IMG/VR virus record: IMGVR_UViG_3300024518_004461
Location: 1 to 64,000 of that record
Origin: a virus
Reading direction: 5' to 3' (one strand)
DNA: 64,000 nt
Each line of letters opens with the position of its first letter. Positions within the stretch are counted from its first letter, which is position 1. Under the pieces are notes generated by a model. That model did no database searches and was not told the origin of the DNA. It saw nothing but the letters and a program-made list of their open reading frames with translations. This document shows, one piece after another, positions 25,812 through 36,700 of this stretch. Made by a program: the position numbers and the translations under genes.

Positions 25812-28800
25812 CCTTGCTCCCGTTCGGTTTGTCTTTGTTGCCGCCGTGCATTGGCTTCGCGGCGTAGTCTTTCATCCTCTGCACGGTCAGCCTCTCTTTG
25901 ATCGCTTTCTGCATCTTGTCGTCGCTGTTGTTCTTCTCGTCGTCGGTCTTGTTCTTCTCGCTCCTCGGCGCGGGGATCTGAGTGGGCGGAGTTTCGATGG
26001 AATTCGTCAATTCTTGCGTTGCGCTCGGCTTCCGACTCATAAGTATCGAAGGAGGAAGTATTACCCACTTGTTCATAAGCGTCGGCATCTGCTTGTGAAA
26101 ATCCTGTAGATCCAGCGGGTAGTGAAAGAGGTGGAGGATCGTAAAATACCGTCTGCATAATCTCCGTAGTGATCTCCGTTGTACTTCGCACACCCCCATA
26201 AATACTTCGAATATCCTGCGAAGACGCAGGGGGCTCAATATAAAAAGTTGAGGAATCAACACCCGGTAGATCGCCGAATAGAGATCCAAAATTTGATGGC
26301 GAAAATGCGTTGGCGTTAAATCCTGGTGGTAAATCAAAAATCTCTAACGCCGCTTGAGCTGTTCGTGGTTCTAAAAGAAAAAAGGTATCAATGGTTGGGA
26401 ACTCTGATTGTAAGTCACGGGTAACTCCAAATACTTTATTTTGATATGGACTCAAGCGACATATTAAAGTTCCTCCGAGTGCTTGGTTATATATTTGTCT
26501 AGTGAGTGGTTGCCACTGTGGTTTCGTCAATTGATCTTCTTGGTAGCCTGTCATGATCTCAATCGCATCGAGTTTGAAGAATTTTATATTAACTTCTGAT
26601 TGCGAAGAAACACTGGTTGAAGTTCGTCCGATTACTTCTCTTATGTTTGTCGGAAGTATCTCTTGTTTTGTCAACACTTTCATGTGATTAGGGGTCGTCG
26701 AGATCCATCCTTGTGATGGGCTTAAATCGTTTGCGTGTGGTGCTCCTCTAAATAAAAAGCTTGGAGTCCAGATCGAGTAGTTTTTTTGAAAGTTACTTGC
26801 TGGTCCACTAGGGTTGTTTGGTGAAAAGAAAGTGGATGCGTCTCTTATAGTTTGGGCTACAAGGGCTCTATCTTCATTGATAATGGCTTGTCCTGTAGTT
26901 TCATATGGCCCGCCGAACTGATATGAGTTAGGATTTATTTCTTCTAAAAGCCTCATAAACATAGAAAAGGGATTCGCAGACGCATTCGCGCTCTCAACCG
27001 GGCAAATTTGGTTATCTTTGTTGACGGGATCAGTGAGTCCATCTACAAGTGTTAGTGTAGTAAATGCAAATGCAGGTTCAACAACAACTCCCAAAGTCAC
27101 CATCTTGGTGGTTACAACGGTTGATGCGGCAGGTTCGCCCGGAGACGAGGTTGGAGGTTGCTCCTCCGTGGGAGCGCCGCCAAGCGCATCTCCCACTGCG
27201 GCGGCTACCAAGTCTCCTTCGTCGCTTGGTGGAGCTGATCCAACAATCTGCAAAGACTTACCGTGAGCCATGTTGACTCGCGCTGGTGATAAATACGAAA
27301 AATCTGTGAACTGAAGATTATCTCCTGTATTGAATTCCTGACCGTTGATCGCAAAAGTTAAACTATCTTGTGGGTTGCGGAAAAGTCGATTCGTTTCTTG
27401 GCTTATTCTATTAAGAAATTCTGTTTCGCTCATCTTCTTTATTCCCATATTCAAGGAATTTTCTTGCAGTCCCAAAAAATCAAAAGAGGAGGTTCTATCC
27501 ACATTACTATTGAAATAATTTACAAAAGTATTTTTAATTTGAAAAGAGATAGTAGGCTTGGAATAATTCATTAGCGTAGAAGGTTGTCTAGCTGCCAAAG
27601 TCGTATTATCATTACTGAGTTTTGTTAGAGTGTTAAGTTCTTTTATCTTCAGTATATCAAAAGTTTTATCTATCAAAACTTCCATTAATCCAATAATCGC
27701 TGATGTGCCATTTGGAGTTCGCGGGTTTACTAATGAAATTAATTGATCGCGCAAGGCATCCCCGTTAGATGGGCGAGAGGGATCATAGGTTGCTGATGTT
27801 GTTTCTTTTGAAAACAAAAATAGCATTTGTAAATAAGTGTTGATGGAGTTTCTTATTCTCCTGTAATCCAAAGTAATTTTATTTTTTCTAGATACAGTTT
27901 TCCCTTCTTGTTCGTAGTCAATATGTGGATCAACCTTCCAAGTATAACTCGCTTCTTGCCCTGGTTTTGTTATTTCATTTAAATAAAACTGAAGATAATC
28001 TTTGGCGGATTGTAAATCTCTTAGTTGAGATAGTATGTATTCATCCGTCTTGTCAATTATTTCCATTTCTATTCTATACTGATAGTATCCGTCCGTAACT
28101 TGTGGCATTGATTTATCAATACCTGAAATGTGTCGAATACCTTCAGCGTCATTGAGCCTGATCCCTGTGAGTTCCTCGATAGTTCCAATAACTGTTTTAT
28201 TCGCGAAGTTAGTTGGTAATTGTCCTGGTAGTGTAGATAAGCTAGACACCGGAGGAATAGCACCGATTGGAAATCCAATAGAAGGCATTATGGTTACGGG
28301 AGTAAAATCATTAATTTTAAAATACTCATTAGTTTTTAAAACTCCATTTTCCTCTGAAGTAAATGCGATCAACTGATCAACCTGATTGCAGTCGAAATTT
28401 GATGGAGGTGACGCAGGATCTAAAGGAACAAAGGTGTCTCCATTTATGGTGGACGCTACTAAATATGGTTTAGAACCAGTCTCAGCAGAACCATGAATTC
28501 GCCTTCTGAAGATTTTTAAAGAGGATATGCGACAATAATTTCTTGCAATATTACTTGGATCTATAAGCCCTTTCTTTTTTAATAGACCCCCAAACAAAGT
28601 ATAATCTTCAATTATTTTATTGTAATCCATTGAAAAGAAAAACCGAGCCTGACCTAAGTTATCTCTAGAATAAGATATGTCCGAAAAATAAGATTTAGGT
28701 TTCTGGTTTTCAACAGTCTGACTTGTGACACTCCTAGAAATAACTTTTGAAATCTTTTGTTGTGCTTGTTGAATCTCAATCTCTCTCTTATCTATGTACG

Positions 28801-29614
28801 AAGATATTCTATAATCCTGTATCCTTGTGTTGGGCAAATTTCTTCTTGATAAATATTTACTAGAGTCGGAGTGTATTGCGTCTGTCATCCATCTGCCATT
28901 AGGCATTTGATGAATTGGGCCGGTCCAAAGAGTTCCCGATTCTTCCTCCACGAACACAGGCATCGTTGACAATACATTACCACCCTCAATGATCACATTG
29001 TAGGATAAATTACCCGCAAGTAAATCATCTGGTAGTTCATCCACAATATCAGTTTGAATTTGTAGTGTGCTTGGTGCCTGTTTGAATAGAGCGTCCAAGT
29101 CTATACGGCAGCACGAAAAAACAGCTAAGTATGGAATGTTGTTATCTATTTCCAGTGAATAGTCAAAGCTAAAATAATGAATGCGATTTCCATCGCTATC
29201 TACTTTGGTAACTCTGTTCCTAAATCCTTGTTCGGCTAATGCTGTCTTGAGTGGAATTGCTCCGATGATTATTTTAGAATCATAATTTAGGCTTCGGTTA
29301 GATTGTAAAATATAATTGGTAGTTTCGGGATTGGTTGATAACGTTATGCGAACATCAAGAAGATCAACAATGTCTCGGTTCTTGAACCAATAACTCAAAG
29401 CACTATCGGTAACTGCATCTTTTACAGTAAGACCAACTGTCACCTTCATGGCTTGCGTATCGCTTCGCTTAACCGTTAATCCCTCATTTTTATAATCAAT
29501 GTGAGGATTATTCTTATATGTAAACTCACCACCAGAATTTTCTAATGTGACGATACCAATATTGACATTTGGTAGAGACGAATCCAGTATCTCTTGAATT
29601 TCTTGAGAAGGCAT
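25808..29614 (-). CDS. large virion structural protein
   Basis: 1268 aa in the baseplate operon; WTGPIHQMPNGRWMT motif; charged E/R/Q helical C-terminus. Confidence 0.7.
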   Translation of the reverse strand: MPSQEIQEILDSSLPNVNIGIVTLENSGGEFTYKNNPHIDYKNEGLTVKRSDTQAMKVTVGLTVKDAVTDSALSYWFKNRDIVDLLDVRITLSTNPETTNYILQSNRSLNYDSKIIIGAIPLKTALAEQGFRNRVTKVDSDGNRIHYFSFDYSLEIDNNIPYLAVFSCCRIDLDALFKQAPSTLQIQTDIVDELPDDLLAGNLSYNVIIEGGNVLSTMPVFVEEESGTLWTGPIHQMPNGRWMTDAIHSDSSKYLSRRNLPNTRIQDYRISSYIDKREIEIQQAQQKISKVISRSVTSQTVENQKPKSYFSDISYSRDNLGQARFFFSMDYNKIIEDYTLFGGLLKKKGLIDPSNIARNYCRISSLKIFRRRIHGSAETGSKPYLVASTINGDTFVPLDPASPPSNFDCNQVDQLIAFTSEENGVLKTNEYFKINDFTPVTIMPSIGFPIGAIPPVSSLSTLPGQLPTNFANKTVIGTIEELTGIRLNDAEGIRHISGIDKSMPQVTDGYYQYRIEMEIIDKTDEYILSQLRDLQSAKDYLQFYLNEITKPGQEASYTWKVDPHIDYEQEGKTVSRKNKITLDYRRIRNSINTYLQMLFLFSKETTSATYDPSRPSNGDALRDQLISLVNPRTPNGTSAIIGLMEVLIDKTFDILKIKELNTLTKLSNDNTTLAARQPSTLMNYSKPTISFQIKNTFVNYFNSNVDRTSSFDFLGLQENSLNMGIKKMSETEFLNRISQETNRLFRNPQDSLTFAINGQEFNTGDNLQFTDFSYLSPARVNMAHGKSLQIVGSAPPSDEGDLVAAAVGDALGGAPTEEQPPTSSPGEPAASTVVTTKMVTLGVVVEPAFAFTTLTLVDGLTDPVNKDNQICPVESANASANPFSMFMRLLEEINPNSYQFGGPYETTGQAIINEDRALVAQTIRDASTFFSPNNPSGPASNFQKNYSIWTPSFLFRGAPHANDLSPSQGWISTTPNHMKVLTKQEILPTNIREVIGRTSTSVSSQSEVNIKFFKLDAIEIMTGYQEDQLTKPQWQPLTRQIYNQALGGTLICRLSPYQNKVFGVTRDLQSEFPTIDTFFLLEPRTAQAALEIFDLPPGFNANAFSPSNFGSLFGDLPGVDSSTFYIEPPASSQDIRSIYGGVRSTTEITTEIMQTVFYDPPPLSLPAGSTGFSQADADAYEQVGNTSSFDTYESEAERNARIDEFHRNSAHSDPRAEEREEQDRRREEQQRRQDAESDQREADRAEDERLRREANARRQQRQTEREQG

Positions 29615-30715
29615 TTAGTCGCAGTCCTCCTCAATTATCTCATATGAAGGTTTGTAAAGATCCGTAATCGTAATATCCTTATCCTTTCGTTGTTCTAGCT
29701 TGTTCATCACTTCTACAAGTATTTTTGGATCTATTTCTCGATCTGTAAGAACATCAAAGAAGTAGCCAACATAACTAGGGTCATCTTCTGGAATTTCTTT
29801 TTCTTCCGCGCTTATATCTGCGGGATCTAAAAGGATACCATTTCTTACCAAGTCTGGTTTTTTAGAAAAATATAATGGAACCAGCACTTCTTTATTGGTT
29901 CCAATTTTATTAGCACTAGCTTGTGTTGCAACTTTATAAACTTCTATATCAAAGTTCTCTTTATCAAAGTCAGTATTTTCTTCTGTTACTTCCAAGATCA
30001 ATGAATCGTCATAAATGGCTAAATAATTTCCATCCTCAAATTGATCTACAAATTCACCAGAACCCAAGCCAGGTTGAGAGGTATTTTCTTCAAGAGCAGT
30101 TTGATTTGGGTGAGCATCAGGATTATCTAAAAAATCATCGCTATCTTCTATATCTCTCATCTCTGAGGCTGGTATCTTATCTCCATCCACTATTCTGTAT
30201 TTGTAGGTCACTGCGTTTGGAGAAATTTGGGGTATAAAAGAATTTTGATATGATCCCGTCATTAGAGGCACTGACCCAGAAATTGTCCCGTTAAGAAATG
30301 ATATGTTCCATGCGGGTGCATAATCACTATCCAACTTTGATGTGCCTAGTGGAGAAGTCATGGCATGATATTGCGCTCCTTGTGGTAGTGTGGCTTCGCT
30401 TCCTAGTTCCGCTAGTAACCCATAAGTATGATTTTTTTCATCAGCACTTCTAATATAATCATTGACCTTGAGAACTTGGTCCTCAATAGAATCAAAAACA
30501 TATTGAGCTTCAACTTGCGGTGTGTTCTCGACAATTCTATTGTGAACTTCGTTTTGATGTTCTGTGGTTGTGCCAGCATATTCTGCATCATATAAAATAT
30601 TGTCGTCATAAAAAGCATAATAGATTGGTTCTAGTATGCCCTTGGAGAGTAAATGCTTTCCGTATTGGGTGAGTTTCACTTGTATGATTTCTTCTTTCTT
30701 ATTTAAAAATTTCAT
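29615..30715 (-). CDS. baseplate structural protein
   Basis: N-terminus IIQVKLTQYGKHLLSKG...YAFYDDNILYD resembles the N-terminus of 22096..23052. Confidence 0.65.
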   Translation of the reverse strand: MKFLNKKEEIIQVKLTQYGKHLLSKGILEPIYYAFYDDNILYDAEYAGTTTEHQNEVHNRIVENTPQVEAQYVFDSIEDQVLKVNDYIRSADEKNHTYGLLAELGSEATLPQGAQYHAMTSPLGTSKLDSDYAPAWNISFLNGTISGSVPLMTGSYQNSFIPQISPNAVTYKYRIVDGDKIPASEMRDIEDSDDFLDNPDAHPNQTALEENTSQPGLGSGEFVDQFEDGNYLAIYDDSLILEVTEENTDFDKENFDIEVYKVATQASANKIGTNKEVLVPLYFSKKPDLVRNGILLDPADISAEEKEIPEDDPSYVGYFFDVLTDREIDPKILVEVMNKLEQRKDKDITITDLYKPSYEIIEEDCD

Positions 30716-33700
30716 CTATTCTTCTTCCTCGCCCGACGAAACGTCCTTTAGGTGATCAAGAATTCTGGTTACTCCAACATCTTCTATGCCTGGAATTTCT
30801 ATGATTGGTGTCCTTTCGATAAATTGATCCTTCACCTCAATTTCTGCTAATTCAATCAGCGAACAAAAATCATAGGGCCAGTTGTAACTATACGGTAAGT
30901 CTTTTCCTCCAACATTAAAATCGAAGCTAAATTTATCGTCGTCGCTTGTATCAGCCGTCATTTTATAATAATTAAAGCTAGCACGTTTCTTTACCTTGAA
31001 GACCATCCATCGTATATCTTCTGGAATAGCTTTGCCTCCGAAGAATTCATTTGGTCCCGTTGGATGAGTAAACACGTTGTCGTCCACTGTAGTGTCTGAA
31101 AGTTGCGCTATTCTTGAAATATCTGGCATAACTCCTTGCCAAATGTCCGCTAGGTCTTGTTGACTTAGAGAGTGATTAAATTCAAACATATACATCACAA
31201 ATGGGTCAACCTTGAGATTTCCTTCTGGAAAGTTAAGGGAATCTAATTCAGGAGGAATAATATATTTGTCCATCATCTTAAGCATCTTTGTGACTGATTG
31301 ACCAAGAAGTGGATCTGCTGAAAAGATTTTGTTTTTGCTTGCAAGATAATGTTGTCGGTTTGCGTCAAACACATCCTGATCAATCCTGAAGAAGTTCTTG
31401 TTCATCATCACAGTTGTTTCAGGATGTCTTGATTCTTTTGAGAATCCGCGAACTGAAAATGGAATTGCAACGATGGCTTCAGAAATTTCTTTTTGTGATG
31501 CTATTTCGCCAACTTGTTTTTCTTCTGGGTTTGTGAAGCATTTTTGTAGGAGTGAACCAGTGGCCGCGCTTTGCAAGATGGAACCACCCTTATATGTTTC
31601 CTCAATTCCAAATGTAATTCCGTTGCTTGAGGTTAAGATATTTCCATAACCACTCCACATTCCTCGACCCCAACCTTTTTGTTCGGGCTGTGTGCTGAAA
31701 TCTAAAACAGGTGTTTCCATTCGTGGACTAATAACCCATTTGTTTAGACCTGGATTCTGGTTATTGGTTGCAGAGATCAAATTTCCAGCATCGTCACCAG
31801 CCGTTTGTGGTTCTGGGAAAAACCCGAAAAGATTAAGAGATGATGAAAGACCCATAGCACCGGAGAGTGCGATGGCTGAGTTTGTAGCTGGGGAAGTTTG
31901 GCCGGCGCGGATAACCTCAAACATATTTTTCATCGTTGGATTAGTTTGGGTAACTGTGGCCTTCTCAAATACTTTTTTATAATTAAAGCCATTATCTTCG
32001 TCACTCTCATCTGCTGTATAGGCAATTGTGGAAACTGATTTTCCATAAAAATATGGAGGAGTGTAAGGGGCATAAGCCGGGTCGCCCATTCTTGTGGCTG
32101 CGTTACCCCAACCTGTTCCACCGAGGCCGCCACCCGGGCCGAAAGCACCGGCTTGTACCGGGGGCCCGAAAAATCTTCCATTCCAACTACGATATTCCGT
32201 ATCATCTGTAAGTGGATCGGGATTTGGTTCGTACCCACCAGCGTTTCCTCGTAAACCATTCCAATAATCTTGCATCATTACAATGTTTGGATCTTTTTCC
32301 AAATACACATTCATATAATAAGTTGTGCCACTCACCAAGCTCACCTCCCCAGCGGGTTTAGAAACAATTGTTTTTAATTTATTATCCTTCAAGAAGAAAG
32401 ATGGTATCTCGGCAAGAAGGTTGTTGATCGCTAAACGATATTGGTTATACTTCGTGCTGGAAATTGCTCGTGCTCGTTGAATGTCCTCTAGGTCAATATA
32501 AGGTGCGCGGGCATCACCTAGGGCATGGGCGGCCCATGAGGTGCCACCCAACCAACGATAAGACGGGTAAATAAGATTAAGTTTCCCCTCCCCATCGGAA
32601 GAACTTACCGGAATACCAACATCAGCCAAGGGTTCTAGAATAGATTCAAAAGGAATTCTATAGTTAGAAACCAGATTAAGATATGGATTGTTATTTCCAG
32701 ATGTTCCCCCGGCATGGGCAGAGCCAGTATATGCCGCCCAATCACAAGCAATTCCCGCTTTAATTGTATTATATAAAATACCAGGCGCATAATAAGGTTG
32801 GAGTAAAGATTGAACAGCCAACGCGCCCGAGGGATATGTTGTAGCCTCTGTCGTTGTTCCTGAAGCCCAAGCGATGCCACCAATGTAAGGCGCAATAGAT
32901 TGTGAAAACAAACTCGCAACCTGAAGTGTTCTGTGTGATGGATAGAATCCATGATAAGGCAACAACTTCTTTATGCCGTTACATTTTAGTGTAATCTCAT
33001 TTACCTGATTGTCTGCGTCAAACTTTCCAAAATACTTTTGGAAATCAGTATTGGAATATTCGCTAAAGAATTGCTTATCAAATCCTCGCGAAATATTGGA
33101 AGAAGTCGGTGACGGTGCCACCGCACTGCTCGTAATCGTTGCACCATCAAGTGTTAGGAACTGATCATTTTGTTTTCTAAATAATCCGTCCGCATAATAG
33201 TCCATATGTTGAGAAATTCTAAACTCAGGAATAATTGTAAAACTTTTTCCGGTTCCGCGAATGTCCTGAACATAATCTTCATAAGTATCAAACCACGGAT
33301 TTTTACCGGAGAGTTCTGCTACACGCCACTTCATCCCCAAGGAGGATGTGCCAAAAGTACCTGGATAAACCACAGAATGTTGATGATAATAATAACAAGA
33401 AGCCGTTGGATAAAGACTAGAGTTTACAGCTAATTTGATGGGAGTGGCTGTGAGAAGTGAGGATTGGTCGGCTGTTCCTAGGTATCCTGCGATGGTTTGA
33501 AAATTAGCAGAATTTAACTCACCGCAATCACTATAAGTGGTTAACAAATCAAGACCCTCAAAAGATCCAGAGTAAGTAGCAGTGCGCGAGCGCGGTAATG
33601 GAACGCCAATCGTGCCTGTAACAAAAACCATAGGGTGGGTTCCCCAGCCGTTAACACTGGTGGCAAACCCGGAACGATAACCCTGGGAGTTGGGAAGCAC

Positions 33701-36700
33701 TCCCGTAATATCTGGGATAAATTTAAAATCTGTGCTTACATCATAATAACTAAGCGATGATCTCCTATTCCTAAACACAGGATCGGTTCTCCAAAATGTT
33801 CGACGATACAGAGGACCGCGATCAATTCCGTTTGATCCGTTAGAGAGTGAAGCGGAAACAAAAATTACCTTTCCACCGGAATAGATATTTGTTCCATCAG
33901 CAACTTCCGCATATTCTGTTCGTTGGCGATATTCTTTAAGACCAGCGTGAATTTCTCGCGGATAAACAATTTCACTATAATCAACGCTCAACATTTCTTG
34001 AACTGGGCTGTCGCTTGGTGCATTGTGATACATTCCTTTGATGCGATCATACATTTGTTCTTCGCATTTGATGCTCGTCCCTAGGAAATTATTAATGTCT
34101 GGATTTGGGAAGCCTCCCATATTGTTTCCATAGACACTATTAAGCGTGAGTGGATCTGGTGAGCCAGATAATATCAAAGTAGTTCCCACTGGTTTATAGC
34201 GGAATGTTACGGGTGGCTCTGTGAAGTGGATTAGCGTATCTCTTGTTAGACCTGCGTTTGCTGGTGTCACTTCATTGGAGCCGTAAATATCTTCTTCTTT
34301 TTTGAAGGAGATAATATTATTATTTTTTTGATACCGCGCAACTGGTGTTTCGCCAGTGCGGATTTGTTTCCAAGATGGGTATTGGTATGGACCGTTGCGA
34401 TGAAGATTTAGTGAGTTGAGTTGATCATATGATGCGATTGTTGCGATGGAAGTATTGAGATAGCTTCCATTTGATGAACTCAAAAGATTAGATGCCGTAA
34501 ACATCGGATCATAAACTAACGTATTCATTCCCACAAAGTCTACATAAATTCCGCCCGCGATGGTTGCACTTGCTGTAACAAACTGGATGGTTTCTGCCGC
34601 CATTGACTCGCTACTTCCAGAAGGAACAGAAAAATTATTTCTTCCGCAATTTGGTGAGCCGACATGGTTTGGTGGTTGTGGAAACGACTTATGATAAGAA
34701 TCACTTATCCATGCATATTGCAAATCACTTTGAGGAATTGAGTGTTGAACAAACCAGTTATCAAATGTATCTGCAACTGAAAATTGTTTAAATCCGTGAA
34801 TTATAGAATAACTCGAATAAATATTAAATTTTGGATAAAGTGTCGAACCTAAATATTCATCATCTACAAAATAAAAAACCGTATTATCCACCATAAAATA
34901 TACAAGACTACCAAAGCGCATAATGGAATAAGTTGCTCCCAATATCTCAGGATAATAACTTCCAATGATAACACCATCTATTATAATCCTGATTCCTATA
35001 TTAGTGTCGCCCGCGAAAGCCGGGGTGTTACGAATCATTCCGTATTTGATATCCGTATAGCCGGTAGTGGCGATATTGCCCTCGATCAAACCAATTGCAG
35101 ATTGTCCAATGTTAGGGGTCGGCTTGGGTGGTTCATATTGAAATTGAATACCTTCCTTGCCAGCAACGCCGACATCGCCCGCTGAATAAGAATCATCCCA
35201 AGCATCAGATGGGTCGGCACAATCTTTTGAAATTGTTGTGCTTGTGGAGAAACTGAAAACTGGCGGCAAAACCGTCCAGCACGTAGGCTCTGTAAAACAC
35301 CCCCAACATATAAGGTTGTATTTGACAGATCTGTTTCTATTGACTTTGTGATACGAAGCGGACACATTATAATTAAGTGCAGAAACGGAATCCTGAAAAT
35401 CAGTTCCATAGGGACCACAATGTTCGGTGGACCATTCATTTAGTGGTCCGCGAACCACCATGTTCCTTTGATTGAGATCATTACGAACCGCATATTCTTC
35501 CGCGTATAAATCTAGAACACCACGCGAACTAACATCAGGTCCACCAGGGGCATTAAATCTTTCTACAAAGATATTTTTTGTTGCGCCGTATTTGCTGAAG
35601 TCTGGAAGCGCATATTCTACTAAACCAGATACCCAAGAAGATGTAGAATATTCTGGAACAAAGCCGCCATTCTTAACAAAGAACCTATTATTTATTTTAC
35701 GCCCTGAAGTTTGTAGGACTTCATATTGATGGGAATAGTTTCCAATAATGGTTGAGCCGGTTGTTTGTTTTATATTGCGAATATTAATGGGGCGTTTTGC
35801 TAATGGTTCGCGCAAGATTGTTGAACGGGCTTGGTGGGCTGTCCTAGACGAAAGGGTAATATTCGGCATGAAACCCACTGGTGGAATATCACTGGTAAAC
35901 TGAGTGCCGTCTGTATTCGCACAAATTCCATTATTATAAATAGCTTCTGGTCCCGTGGCAACGTCTATGATGGGACCACCATCGGTACAGTCATCTCCAG
36001 GCGCATCACCCATTCGATACCATGATATTACATCATCATAATCATCATGCTTGTCTAGGCACCCTGGTCCTCCACCGTTCCAAATTTCATTAATATCTAC
36101 GAAAGATATGGCATTGTCCCAAAGTGATACTTCATCAACATACGTGTTTTCCACACCACCAGTGTTGGTCCATGATATAGATGACCAATACGCGCCGATT
36201 CCGACCTTACAATCGCCAACATCCGTTCCTAGCTTTGGGCCGGCGAGGAGTGCTGTTTCATGCTCAGCACCATTATCTAAATCTAAAAATATTCCACCAT
36301 CATTCATTCCGAAACAAACTAGATGCCACTTCCCATCGGCAATACTGTTTTCAATAAGTTCAAAAGAAGTTTCTACACTAGTTACAGACCCGTCGCCGTC
36401 ATCTTCGTGATACGAATAATATTCTAACTTTGCTCGGGGTGTTGCCGCCGATAGTGCTTCGACATACATATTCACATTAAAATCGTAACCCTCTGGAAAG
36501 GGAGTTCCTGTGGATCTGGTCCGAGACATGAGAGTTTGAGCAACGTAGTTACTGGGAAGTGGCTCCACCTTAAACCACATCGCTACGCTCCAATCTCCAT
36601 CCAAACCAGACGGCCAGCCCGTTTTGTTTCCTATAAAACACCGGGATGGATCGGATAAGCGAGACACGTCGGGTAGTTCTACTGCTTTGTGTAATCCGCC

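Noticed and set aside
25714-26337. Overlapping ORFs 25780..26337 (-) and 25714..26109 (+)
   Set aside because: Alternate frames of the low-complexity E/R/Q tail of the 1268-aa gene. No RBS or slippery site was noticed to support a frameshift product.
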